The notes beneath the pieces are model-generated. The model was not told the DNA's origin. It did no database searches and saw only the letters and a program-made list of their open reading frames with translations. From contig CAWEJX010000007.1 of the NCBI GenBank assembly GCA_963809485.1, forward strand, positions 1 through 64,000: a stretch of DNA of 64,000 nt, read 5' to 3'. Source of the stretch: an uncultured Acidobacteriota bacterium. Lineage in GTDB: Bacteria > Acidobacteriota > UBA6911. Positions 20,046-29,940 of this stretch are shown one piece after another. The first letter of the stretch is position 1. Every line of letters begins with the position of its first letter. The translations under genes were made by a program, and so were the position numbers.

Positions 20046-20273
20046 CACCTTAGGTGTATTTATAATTCCTATCCAAAACCTCCAACCTATTGTAAAATCA
20101 AGCTATTACAAATAAATCGGCAAGGTCGGATGTCCGAAAGCTACATAATGGCTCCTATCAGAAACAGCGTAGAAGGCATACGGGGACCGGAATAGATGCC
20201 TGCCAGGCAAAACGGCAGCTTATGCTTCTTAGCCATCAAAACTGATTGTAAATCGATGTTAAGGAGGTCAGGT

Positions 20274-22283
20274 ATGAAAAGCAAAAGGAATTTGTTTGTG
20301 ATGATTTCACTTGTTTTTCTCTTTCTCTTGGGCCTGGCGAGCTTTGCCACTGGCGTCGCACCTGCAAAAAACGCAAATAAGGTAAAGCCGGGACAGTTTG
20401 CCGTTGGAGATCCAACACTTATTTGCCTTGGATTTGAATGGAGTATTGACGGCGATGATAACCGCAACGCCGCTGTGGCGGTCCAGTACCGCAAAAAGGG
20501 GACTACGTCCTGGAAAGAAGCGCTGCCGCTTCTTCGCCTCCAAAATGAGGAAGCCGGCGGGAGTTTGTCTCGCCCTCATGTGGTTCCCAACATGTTTGCA
20601 GGAAGCATATTAGATTTGGAGCCTGATACGGAGTATGAGTGCAGGTTTCAAATGTCCGATCCGGACGGCGTGGATGGAATGAAACAGAAGATGGCAACTG
20701 TGCGCACCCGTCCTGAACCAAAACCTTTCGCGGGCGGACGGATCTTGCACGCATACGCAGCCGACTATAAAGGATCCAAGGAAAAGCAGTCCTTTATGGG
20801 CATTGCAGGGGCTTTCGGGGCGGCTGAACCCGGGGATACTATCCTGGTGCATGCCGGCGTTTATCAGATTGATCGTACTCAATACAATCTGCGGATGAGA
20901 ACCGGAATGGGATCAGACGTGTTTGGAACGACCTGGATTACCAAGAGCGGCACGCCCGACAAGCCTATTGTAATAAAGGGCGCGGGAGATGGCGAGGTTA
21001 TTTTCGATGGCGGCGGCTGCGCCATCCTCTTCGATGTCAGTGGGGCAGATTATATATACTTCGAGGGCCTTACTTTCCGCAATACCGATGCGGCTATTTT
21101 CACGGGTGTAAATAACCTGCGTGGCAACAGCGGATTGACAATTAAGAGATGCCGGTTTGAAGACGTATCCATGGCCATCTGGGGCACATACCAGGGATCA
21201 AAAAACTATTATATTGCCGATAACGTGGCCAGCGGCCGCTTCAATCCCAAGGTAATGATGGGTCAGATTGGCAGTGACGTTATTCCGTATAAAAAGCTGC
21301 CCGGTTTTCCTCCGAAAATGAGCGGCCCCGGGGGCTCCTTCTATGGGATCACCATTGCAGGGTCGGGCCACGTTTTGTGTTACAACCGTGTTGAGAATTT
21401 TGAAGATGGAATATCCCTTTTTCAAGGAGGCAGCGCGGCAGCGACAAAACACGGGGGCCCGCAATCCAACGTCGACTTTTACAATAACTACATTAGTAAT
21501 ACGTACGACAATTTTTTCGAAACCGACACTGGCTCGCACAACCTCCGTGTCATGCGCAACCTTGGCATCAACAACGGACATGGCGGCTTGAGCTCACAGC
21601 CTGTTTATGGGGGACCGGCGTATTTTATACGCAATATCGTTTACCATGTCCCGGACCGGGGAGCTATCAAGATGTTTGACAGGCCGGCAGGCGTGATCTT
21701 CTATCACAATACACTCTGCGGCGAAATTTACGTCGGGCAACCTTCCGCCAATTTAAATGGCCGCGAAGGCGCTTCGAACATGCATTTCCGCAACAACCTC
21801 ATGCTGGGAGAAAATCCCGATTCGATGAGGAATTACCGTACCAAGGAATTTGGAGGTATTTACTTTATGGATACCTATACCTCCTATACAACCTCTGACT
21901 ACAACGGATTCCGTCCCAATGAAGGGTATGAGGACCAATTCATGTGGCTTATACCTGCCGGCGGTGCGGTCCGCGACTTCAAGAATCCCAGGGAGATGCA
22001 TTCCTTCAAAACGCTCCAGGAACTCTGCAATGCACTGGGACAGGAGTGCCATGGGATTATGATAGACTACGACATATTTCAGAACGTGAAGAAGGCGGAT
22101 ATAAAGGAATTTTCAAGGGTTTATGCACGCGACGAATTGGATTTCCAGCTTAAGCCGAATTCCGTCGCCGTGGATGCGGGGTGCCCGCTTCCCAACATTA
22201 ACGAGGGTTTTAATGGGAAGGCTCCGGATCTCGGGGCATTGGAGGTTGGGCTGCCCGTGCCGATATATGGACCTCGGCCGTAA
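20274..22283 (+). CDS. Secreted right-handed parallel beta-helix (pectin-lyase-fold) protein
   Basis: AAGGAGG RBS, signal peptide, PGDTILVHAGVY, SGTPDKPIVIKG, Asn-rich beta repeats, C-terminal AVDAG..APDLGALE. Confidence 0.75.
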   Translation: MKSKRNLFVMISLVFLFLLGLASFATGVAPAKNANKVKPGQFAVGDPTLICLGFEWSIDGDDNRNAAVAVQYRKKGTTSWKEALPLLRLQNEEAGGSLSRPHVVPNMFAGSILDLEPDTEYECRFQMSDPDGVDGMKQKMATVRTRPEPKPFAGGRILHAYAADYKGSKEKQSFMGIAGAFGAAEPGDTILVHAGVYQIDRTQYNLRMRTGMGSDVFGTTWITKSGTPDKPIVIKGAGDGEVIFDGGGCAILFDVSGADYIYFEGLTFRNTDAAIFTGVNNLRGNSGLTIKRCRFEDVSMAIWGTYQGSKNYYIADNVASGRFNPKVMMGQIGSDVIPYKKLPGFPPKMSGPGGSFYGITIAGSGHVLCYNRVENFEDGISLFQGGSAAATKHGGPQSNVDFYNNYISNTYDNFFETDTGSHNLRVMRNLGINNGHGGLSSQPVYGGPAYFIRNIVYHVPDRGAIKMFDRPAGVIFYHNTLCGEIYVGQPSANLNGREGASNMHFRNNLMLGENPDSMRNYRTKEFGGIYFMDTYTSYTTSDYNGFRPNEGYEDQFMWLIPAGGAVRDFKNPREMHSFKTLQELCNALGQECHGIMIDYDIFQNVKKADIKEFSRVYARDELDFQLKPNSVAVDAGCPLPNINEGFNGKAPDLGALEVGLPVPIYGPRP

Positions 22284-22301
22284 TCAACCCGAAAGGAATT
22301 G

Positions 22302-22341
22302 AGAGCTCTTGCGTCGTTTCCCAACGCAGGAGCTCTTTTTT
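22302..22341 (+). terminator. Rho-independent terminator
   Basis: AGAGCTCTTGCGT...ACGCAGGAGCTCT stem followed by a T-tract, just after the 22283 stop. Confidence 0.85.
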
Positions 22342-22544
22342 GCTCCTGATTTGATGAAATGTATACAGTTATCTAAATAGTGCCACCATAAAAAACGAAC
22401 ACGGTGCCGGCGTTGATGGTAGCATCACGATCATGGTGAGAAGCATAACAGGGACAAGATGCTACGATAGGCCATTTTGCCCTTCATCATAGGAACACCT
22501 CCATTTATTACACCGATTAACGGTAACAGATGATCTGAGCCCCA

Positions 22545-22697
22545 TAAATAATCTGTCCCGGTCCGTCATTATTTGTGCGAAGACGTATCGATCAGCGCGA
22601 TGCTATGATGGATTGAGCGACAGTGAGACCTCGCGTCCAGCTAGTTGCTACGACTGACGGAAGCATGATTCGCATTGACTGGATATAGGAGCCGACC
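22545..22697 (+). promoter_or_regulatory. Conserved 5' leader of the antiporter gene (candidate cis-regulatory region)
   Basis: A second copy survives at about 4080-4123 plus 6049-6160. Function is not established. Confidence 0.35.
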
Positions 22698-24395
22698 GTG
22701 CACAACCTCAGCCTGCTGATGACCTTTGCCGGTGGCTTGGCCGCAGCGCTTGTCCTCGGCTTCCTCGCACATAAGATAAAGGTCTCCCCGATTGTCGGTT
22801 ATCTGCTGGCCGGCATTGTGGTCGGGCCTTTCACGCCCGGCTACGTAGCCGACCTGGCTATTGCCGAGCAATTGGCCGAAATCGGCATCATCCTGATGCT
22901 CTTCGGGGTCGGATTGCGATTTCAGCTGGGCGAAATGGCCGCGGTGTGGCAAATCGCCGTGCCGGGTGCGCTGATCCAGAGCTCGCTGTCTACGGCTTCG
23001 CTGGCCTTGCTGCTGCACCTTCTGGGCTGGAGTTGGACCTCCGGGATTATCCTCGGCATGGCGATCTCGGTCGCCAGCACGGTCGTGATGGCTATGGTGC
23101 TGGGCGAACGCAACGACTTATATGCGAAGATCGGCCATATCGCCATTGGCTGGACCGTGGTGGAGGACATTCTCACTGTAGTGATGCTGCTTCTTCTGCC
23201 CGTCATCTTTGCGCCCGCAGGAAACGCAAACCAGGGTGCCGGATCACTGCTGGGACTCGCTGCACTGAAAATTCTGGGGTTGCTTGCCGTCGTGGTTCTC
23301 CTCGCCCGGTGGGTCATCCCCAGGGCGCTGGAAGGGATCGTAAGGACACGATCACGGGAACTGTTTACCCTGGCTGTGCTGGTCCTGGCCGTGGGAATCG
23401 CCGTCGGATCGGCCGGGCTTTTCGACGTTTCGATAGCGCTGGGAGCCTTTTTGGCCGGGCTTGCCGTCGGCCGCTCGGAGTTCGCCATCAGAGCCGCCGG
23501 AGATGCGGTGACGATGCGCGACGCTTTCTCCGTACTGTTTTTCATTTCCGTCGGGATGCTGTTCGATCCCCGGAGCATCCTGCAGTCGCCGATGGCAATC
23601 CTTATGGTGCTGGCGGTGGTGGTGGTCGGCAAACCGCTCGCCGCTACGCTGACGGTGAGGCTCCTGGGTGTGCCCATGGCCACTGCAATTCCTGTCGGAG
23701 CCGCTTTCTCGCAGGTCGGCGAGTTCAGCTTCATCCTCTGTGAAGTTGCACGCAACCTGGGACTGGTCAATGACACCGCCTGGAACGCCCTTGTGGCCGC
23801 CTCAATCATTTCCATAGCAGGGAATCCTTCCATTTATCGCTGGGCACGCGACCGGTCTTCGAGGCGCAAGGGACAAGCCCCCATTTCGGAAGATCGGGGT
23901 CTTGCCGTCGATCCCAACCGTTGCGTCCTGGTCGGCTATGGGCCTGTCGGAAAGATAGTGCATCGTCTTTTAGCGGACCGGGGCGCCGACATCACGGTGG
24001 TCGACTTGAACCTCGAAACCGTGCGCCGCCTGCGTTCGGAAAAACACAAAGCCGTTTATGGAGACATTCTCAGGCATGGCACCCTCGAGGAAGCCGGAGT
24101 AGCGACCGCGGGCAGTCTCATTCTGAGCGCGGAGGTCGAGGATGCGGTCGAAATCATCCGGCAGGCGCGCCACCTCAATCCTGATTTGCGCATCCTCGTG
24201 CGCTGCAACCGTCTTAACGACGCAGCAGCGCTTCGCCGGGCGGGAGCCACTGTGGTCGCCGCAGGCGAGGCCGAGGTCGGCGTCGCACTGGCTGAGGCCG
24301 TAATGGCGGATGAGCTCATGGACCATGGCGCGGCCGCGGAACACCGTGAATCCATCCGAAGCCGTCTTTACGATACGCCGGATGCCGGATTGTAG
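22698..24395 (+). CDS. CPA2-family cation:proton antiporter with a TrkA-N/RCK domain (YbaL/Kef-like)
   Basis: SPIVGYLLAG, AEIGIILMLFGVGL, SVASTVV, VEDI, LGAFLAG, SQVGEFSF, VLVGYGPVG. Confidence 0.93.
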   Translation: MHNLSLLMTFAGGLAAALVLGFLAHKIKVSPIVGYLLAGIVVGPFTPGYVADLAIAEQLAEIGIILMLFGVGLRFQLGEMAAVWQIAVPGALIQSSLSTASLALLLHLLGWSWTSGIILGMAISVASTVVMAMVLGERNDLYAKIGHIAIGWTVVEDILTVVMLLLLPVIFAPAGNANQGAGSLLGLAALKILGLLAVVVLLARWVIPRALEGIVRTRSRELFTLAVLVLAVGIAVGSAGLFDVSIALGAFLAGLAVGRSEFAIRAAGDAVTMRDAFSVLFFISVGMLFDPRSILQSPMAILMVLAVVVVGKPLAATLTVRLLGVPMATAIPVGAAFSQVGEFSFILCEVARNLGLVNDTAWNALVAASIISIAGNPSIYRWARDRSSRRKGQAPISEDRGLAVDPNRCVLVGYGPVGKIVHRLLADRGADITVVDLNLETVRRLRSEKHKAVYGDILRHGTLEEAGVATAGSLILSAEVEDAVEIIRQARHLNPDLRILVRCNRLNDAAALRRAGATVVAAGEAEVGVALAEAVMADELMDHGAAAEHRESIRSRLYDTPDAGL

Positions 24396-24462
24396 AATTC
24401 CTCAGGCAGAGCCGGAGTCTTTACGGTTGCCGGCCCCAAAAGAGGCCTGATAGAGGAAGACT

Positions 24463-25239
24463 CTACTCGCGGGCGCGGGCCGCGGGCCAGCCGACGGAAG
24501 CCATGTATAGTACTGTTTCAGCAGTTCCATCCACGCCTATGAGAGCATTCGCCGGATCGTCAAAAAAAGCCCCAATTCCGCAGACGCCCAGTCCCTCCGC
24601 CGTGCCTGCAAGATAAAGATTCTGAGCAATGTGGCCGGCATCCAGATAGATGTATCGATAGGCCCTTTGCCGGTATTTCCACTTGCTCCTTTCAACGATG
24701 GCCGTCCAGATGAATGTGACCTGAGCATCGGCAACCATGCTCTGCCCGAGAGCGGCTTTGGCAAGATCCCTGGAGAAATCGCCGGGCTTGATGAATTCAA
24801 GGTCAAAAGCATAGGGCCTGAAGTGATAGAAACCTTGCGGCAAACCCTCCACACTTCTTGCCATCAGGTATGTCTCGATCGGATAGAGCCCGCCGGCTGA
24901 GGGAACCGACCTGAACTGGTATCCCCCGCCCTCCGCAGTGATGCCCTGTGTAGCCCAGAGCAGGGCCGATAGAGTTCCCAGAGACAAGGCCATTTCTGAC
25001 GAGTAATTTCGAACAGATCTCCGCCGAATGATGTTTTCCCAAAGGCTGGCATCCTTGCTGAATTGCGCCCCGGGCAATTTGACCCGCGCAGTTGAATCCG
25101 GATAGCTTTTATAGCGTTCGGGCATGTTATCCCAGTCGAGATAGTGTCCGCCCATCCGATCCGGGGCGTATTTTGTCTCTTCCTGGAAGCTCTCCCCGAT
25201 CCCGCGTCTTGCCGACCCCTCTTTGCCACTTTCTTTCAC
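24463..25239 (-). CDS. SagB/ThcOx-family nitroreductase-like dehydrogenase
   Basis: RRRSVRNY, RSVPSAGGLYPIE, KYRQRAYRYIYLDAGHIAQN, GIGAFFD. Confidence 0.92.
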   Translation of the reverse strand: MKESGKEGSARRGIGESFQEETKYAPDRMGGHYLDWDNMPERYKSYPDSTARVKLPGAQFSKDASLWENIIRRRSVRNYSSEMALSLGTLSALLWATQGITAEGGGYQFRSVPSAGGLYPIETYLMARSVEGLPQGFYHFRPYAFDLEFIKPGDFSRDLAKAALGQSMVADAQVTFIWTAIVERSKWKYRQRAYRYIYLDAGHIAQNLYLAGTAEGLGVCGIGAFFDDPANALIGVDGTAETVLYMASVGWPAARARE

Positions 25240-25317
25240 AGATTCCTCCCTTGGTCCGCCTCCCCAGGTAGAATATGTTCAGTATATCCGAATTCCGAAA
25301 TGCCGAGGGACACTCGA

Positions 25318-26079
25318 ATGTATCGCGCATTCCTTTACCTGATGTATGAAGTAATTCTCCTCATTTCATTCATGCATGCCGGCGATGAACAAACGAAAAG
25401 TATATTCGGCCGGCTTCCTAAGTCCTTTGATCCGCCCTTCGCTCCCCAAAACATCGATCCTTCCACTGCCACAATCGCCCTCTCACCGGGATTCGAAAAC
25501 GGACACTACGATATTCACATCTCTTTGAGCGAAACAACCCTGTATGATGCTTCGCATCAGCCCGGAGGGAACTATCAGGGCGAATTGTTACTGCAGAATA
25601 TCAAACTTCCTACAGACGACTTCCAAAAACTGACCGGCAGAGAGTTCAAAAATGCGGCCGATGAGCAGTCCTATGCCTTAATCGAGTTCACACAAATTGC
25701 CCGCCGGGATGAAAAAGTTCCAAGGCTGTCGGCACAGCAATACCCGGTCGTCCTCCAGTCCCTGCGCTTCGGCCCTGTTCACCGCTATGTTGTCTATGCG
25801 GAGCTTTTCTTTCAGGTCGACTTTGCCGCCGTGGGACCGCCCAATCCGTGGACAAAAATGGCATCCTTGAATCCGTATCAACAGGCTCGCATGCGCGCGA
25901 AATATCCCGATTATGTTTCGAATCATCCCGGGTATTCAAAAGCGGAATGGGAGGCATTCTGCGCCCTTGTCAGGGAAACCGAGTCCCGGTGGAGCAAAGC
26001 CAAATATTCCACCAATATCCGGTTTCTTCTTAATCATCGCTATGAATCATCCAGTGGCATGAACACGCACGAAAGATGA
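25318..26079 (+). CDS. Hypothetical protein, possible N-terminal signal/anchor
   Basis: Long ORF with a hydrophobic N-terminus after GAGG. No family recognised. Confidence 0.55.
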   Translation: MYRAFLYLMYEVILLISFMHAGDEQTKSIFGRLPKSFDPPFAPQNIDPSTATIALSPGFENGHYDIHISLSETTLYDASHQPGGNYQGELLLQNIKLPTDDFQKLTGREFKNAADEQSYALIEFTQIARRDEKVPRLSAQQYPVVLQSLRFGPVHRYVVYAELFFQVDFAAVGPPNPWTKMASLNPYQQARMRAKYPDYVSNHPGYSKAEWEAFCALVRETESRWSKAKYSTNIRFLLNHRYESSSGMNTHER

Positions 26080-26211
26080 TCCTCCGCCGCTGCGAGCCAA
26101 ATTTCCGAAACATCGAAATCGGGGCAGTGACGCCGACCTACGCTGGCGAACATTGAATAAATGCGAGTTTTTTTCAGCGTGCGTCGGCGTCCGTTCCGCG
26201 TGGGTCAGCGT

Positions 26212-27039
26212 TTACCAGAGACGCCTTTGCGCCGACCGATCGCCGGTGGGAGGCGGAGCGCGATCGGTCGCAGCCGGCGGGCCGAGCAGTTCCATGAAAA
26301 TCGGCTTCAATGCATTCGCCCAGACCTGGTACCCCTTGACCGTAAGATGAAGCTTGTCCGCAGGATTCATCATGCCATCGAAGATCAGGCTGTTTTGGTC
26401 TGCGAGTTTGTCGTTGATGTTCAAGTAGCGGACCTTTTGGCCGTCCGCGTAGGCGGAGATCCTGTCGTTGATCCTCTGGATTAAGGGCATCACCGCCATA
26501 TTGTCGTTTCGGGGGAAGATTCCCATCAGGATTATATTGGCGTCCGGCGCTTTTGCTCGCATGGTGTCCAGTATCGCCTTAATGCCTCCGGCGATGTCCG
26601 ATGCCTTTGCTTCCTCTGCGCCCGCGGGCGCGGTATTTCCAACATTATTCGTGCCGGCGAGTAGGACGATGACTCTCGGATGAACGCCGTCGAGTTCTCC
26701 GTTTTTAAGCCTCCACAGAATGTTCCGGGTCGTGTCGCCGCCCCAGCCGAAATTGGCGGCATTCCAGCCGAAAAAATTGCCCTGCCAGTTGGCCAGCAGC
26801 TCCGGGTAATCGGCCGCACCCCAACGGCGCGTAATCGAGTCGCCCTCAAAGTAGACGTCAATTCCGCCCCTGCGCGCCTTATCCAGCAACTGGGAATGAG
26901 CGGCCCGTGAGTTCGGGTCTTCACGGGGTACCGGCTGATCGGCCGCAACGGCCGGATCTGCACCCTGTCCTGACGCCTCGAGCGGCAGCGCTCCGGCAGC
27001 CCACAAGAGCGCAAATGCCAGGGTTAAAGCAATCTTCAT
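26212..27039 (-). CDS. Secreted SGNH/GDSL esterase (PAF-acetylhydrolase-like)
   Basis: FEGDSIT, GWGGD, LAGTNN, DKLH. The signal peptide starts at MKIALTLAF (27039). Confidence 0.9.
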   Translation of the reverse strand: MKIALTLAFALLWAAGALPLEASGQGADPAVAADQPVPREDPNSRAAHSQLLDKARRGGIDVYFEGDSITRRWGAADYPELLANWQGNFFGWNAANFGWGGDTTRNILWRLKNGELDGVHPRVIVLLAGTNNVGNTAPAGAEEAKASDIAGGIKAILDTMRAKAPDANIILMGIFPRNDNMAVMPLIQRINDRISAYADGQKVRYLNINDKLADQNSLIFDGMMNPADKLHLTVKGYQVWANALKPIFMELLGPPAATDRAPPPTGDRSAQRRLW

Positions 27040-27077
27040 AATTATCCCGGAATGCCGGTGAAACGCTGCCGGCAGAT

Positions 27078-28508
27078 TCAGCGGAGGGGCGGCGTGCGCC
27101 CGAAAAATTGATTGGCCCAGGGGATGAAATATTTCCAGTTCGGGCCATCCGTATGCCCGCCGTCGTGCTGCCGCCAGGCCAGCTGGCCGTCCAGCAGGCC
27201 CACATTTACGGCCGGCATCTTTTCCTTCATATAGTCGTCGGAAGTACCCAGGTCTTTCGCGCCCAGGAGCCGGAACACCGGGCCCGCCGCGACTGCGGCC
27301 ATAAAGCTGCCCTGCTGATCGAGCCATTTGGCATCGCCTTTCTCCGGCACTCCGTAGCTGATAAACGTCGGGCGCGGTGCGCACAATGCGATCAGCTGAT
27401 GAGCATCCACCGGGATATCGCCGGCATTCATACTGCCGAAGTCGGCTTCCGCGGCGCCGTATTTCAAAAAGTTGCCTGCCATCCAGTGGTATTCGCCCGA
27501 TCCGGTAAGGTTCTCCACCGCCTCTCCCCAGTTGCGGCGGTGCAGCTTGGCGCCCCCCTCGCCGGAAGAGCCGACCAGGACAACTGCGAACCGCGTATCG
27601 AATGCCATGGTCACGAGCGCGGCCTTGCCATAGCGGGAAACGCCTTCGATCCCGACCTGTTTGGCGTTGACCGCCTTGTCGGTTTGCACATAATCCAGAC
27701 CGCGCGAAGCGCCCCAGGCCCAAGCCCGGAGCGAACCCCAATCGTCCGGCTTTCGAGGCTGCCCCTTATTGACCAGGCCGATGATGCCCCGGGTCAACCC
27801 GGCGCCGTTGTCCGCCTGAATGCTGTTGGGAATAATGGTCGCATATCCCCAGCCGTCGGCAATCAGCTGCTGTGTCGCAGGCGGATCGTCGCCCATCCCG
27901 AACCCCGCCGGCGGGGCGCCGGCCTTCGGCTTAAAGACGCCGCCGAAGGTAAACATCATCATCACCGGTACCGGACGCTTTGCATCGGCCGGTGTAACCA
28001 GCGTCATCTGGATATCGACATCGATCGCGGGGCAGGAGGAATTGTCTACGTGGCCGACGAGCTTCTTTTCTATGACGGGATAAGTGCCTTCGCTTCTTTG
28101 AACTGTCTCCTGGACCGTCCATGTCACCCTGGGAACATTGGGCGGCACCCGGCCCAAAACTTCCCGCTCGAAATCCTCCACGATTTCAGGCCTGCGTTTG
28201 TTCCACCAATCCTTCGCGCCGGCAACCTTTTTCCCATTCTTCAGTGTCAACACTTCAGGCAGTATGGGGAAAGGATTCGCAACCGCTTCGTCATAATTAG
28301 CGGCATTCGGAGCTTTCTCATCGCCGCTCGGACCGGGGCGGAGCTTCTTTATTCCGAGCCGATTCATCATATCCTGATGGTCTTCGGCCGTAGTCCAATT
28401 TTGGGGTTCGGGAACGGAAGACTGCCGGCCGTAGAGGCCGGCGGCAGTCAGAAGGACTAAGAGGGAAACCGGCCAAAGCAAGCTCGACGCAACAGCTGGG
28501 CGTTTCAT
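27078..28508 (-). CDS. CE15-like glucuronoyl/acetylxylan esterase
   Basis: WGSLRAWAWGASR, GVSRYGKAAL, SSGEGG, PVDAHQLIALCAPRP, HDGGH. Signal peptide. Confidence 0.88.
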   Translation of the reverse strand: MKRPAVASSLLWPVSLLVLLTAAGLYGRQSSVPEPQNWTTAEDHQDMMNRLGIKKLRPGPSGDEKAPNAANYDEAVANPFPILPEVLTLKNGKKVAGAKDWWNKRRPEIVEDFEREVLGRVPPNVPRVTWTVQETVQRSEGTYPVIEKKLVGHVDNSSCPAIDVDIQMTLVTPADAKRPVPVMMMFTFGGVFKPKAGAPPAGFGMGDDPPATQQLIADGWGYATIIPNSIQADNGAGLTRGIIGLVNKGQPRKPDDWGSLRAWAWGASRGLDYVQTDKAVNAKQVGIEGVSRYGKAALVTMAFDTRFAVVLVGSSGEGGAKLHRRNWGEAVENLTGSGEYHWMAGNFLKYGAAEADFGSMNAGDIPVDAHQLIALCAPRPTFISYGVPEKGDAKWLDQQGSFMAAVAAGPVFRLLGAKDLGTSDDYMKEKMPAVNVGLLDGQLAWRQHDGGHTDGPNWKYFIPWANQFFGRTPPLR

Positions 28509-28711
28509 CGTATCGATATCTCCACTCGCGGGATTTTTGCGTGTTCGTCTTTCGGGCGGCTCTGGAAAGCCGTCCTCACCCGATTAAGATTAACTGCTGA
28601 GAATATGGTATTTCTTTATTATTTTTCAGCGTGCGTCAGCGTTAAAATTTATGGACGGGCCTCCAGAGTCGGCCTCACCACCCATTCAAGAGATCCCGTA
28701 AAAGCCCTACA

Positions 28712-29743
28712 TCATAAATCGATGTGGGTCAGACCGGCTGAAAGCGCCCAGGAGCGCGCCTGATTCCACTCTTGTTCGTTGATGCGTCGCGAAATTTCAG
28801 GATAGTCAAAAGCCTTGTGTTCAGGGTGATACTGCGCCATGAGATTTACGCGCGTAGCCGAAGTGAGCTCTTTGGCCACCCACCGCACGAAACGATCGGT
28901 TCCAGCGATATTCGCCGGCATCACCAGATGCCGGATGATGAGCCCCCGGCGCGCCACTCCCCTGGAGTCCACCTCGAGCTCGCCCACCTGCCGGTGCATC
29001 TCTTTGATTGTGTCGGCGGCGGCCTCGGGATAATCCAGCGCCCCGCTCGAATATTTCCCTGCCAGGGCGCCTTCCTGGTATTTGAAATCGGGCAGATAGA
29101 TGTCGACAATCCCGTCCAGCATCCGGATCACTTCTATGTTGTCATACCCGCCGTTGTTGTAGACGAGCGGCAGCACCAATCCTTTCTTTATGGCCAGCCG
29201 CAGGGCTTTGACGATATGCGGCACAACGTGAGTTGGAGTAACCAGGTTGATATTGTGGCAGCCGCGCCGCTGCAGAGAGAGCATCATGCCGGCGAGCTCG
29301 TCATGACTGACGAAGTTGCCGTCTCCCCGGTGGTTGATTTCCCAGTTCTGGCAGAAACAGCAAAGCAGGTTGCAGTTGGAAAAGAAAATGGTTCCCGATC
29401 CGCCGCTACCGACCAGGGGGCGCTCCTCGCCGACGTGCGGCCCAAACGATGCCACCTTGAGCCGGGCAGTTGAGGAACAGAAGCCCTTCTCGCCCTTGAT
29501 GCGGTTCACGCCGCACCTGCGCGGGCAAAGGCGGCAGCTCTGAAATATCTCCCAGAGTTCCCTTTCCAGATTTGCCAGGCTCCCCTCACGCTCCGCTCTC
29601 AGATAGGCAGCCTCAAATTTCAAATCCGTTGCTTTCATGCTTGTCGGTGCCTGCTCCGGCGAGCGGCGGCATTGCGTCCGGGTCCAAACAAAGGGAGCAG
29701 CCGGAACCGTCCTGTAAATGAATTCACGCCGCGAAAGATCCAT
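28712..29743 (-). CDS. Radical SAM protein, PflX-like
   Basis: CRLCPRRCGVNR, GSGTIFFSNCNLLCCFCQN, HNINLVTPTH, DIYLPDFKY, IIRHLVMP. Confidence 0.92.
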   Translation of the reverse strand: MDLSRREFIYRTVPAAPFVWTRTQCRRSPEQAPTSMKATDLKFEAAYLRAEREGSLANLERELWEIFQSCRLCPRRCGVNRIKGEKGFCSSTARLKVASFGPHVGEERPLVGSGGSGTIFFSNCNLLCCFCQNWEINHRGDGNFVSHDELAGMMLSLQRRGCHNINLVTPTHVVPHIVKALRLAIKKGLVLPLVYNNGGYDNIEVIRMLDGIVDIYLPDFKYQEGALAGKYSSGALDYPEAAADTIKEMHRQVGELEVDSRGVARRGLIIRHLVMPANIAGTDRFVRWVAKELTSATRVNLMAQYHPEHKAFDYPEISRRINEQEWNQARSWALSAGLTHIDL

Positions 29744-29940
29744 GGCGGTCTCCGCCTTCGGATGATCTGCAGATAGTTTGCCCTAAACCTGGCCGGTTGG
29801 CAGCAAAAAAATCGGTGATAAAATGCTGCTAAAGAAAATTCTGTTTGCGGTATATATAGTCAGCATTACCCAGTAAATAAAAGGTGGAAGAAACATCATC
29901 GGCGGGAGAATAACATTTCACGTTCTCCAAGGGATATTCC

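Noticed and set aside
22586-22670. Fluoride, ZTP or c-di-AMP riboswitch ahead of the antiporter
   Set aside because: Only short partial resemblances; the required conserved segments were not found by eye. Left as an unassigned leader.
24463-29743. RiPP (thiazole/oxazole) biosynthetic cluster from the SagB-like gene and the radical SAM gene
   Set aside because: No YcaO, precursor peptide or transporter is present. Stand-alone SagB-like and PflX-like genes are common.
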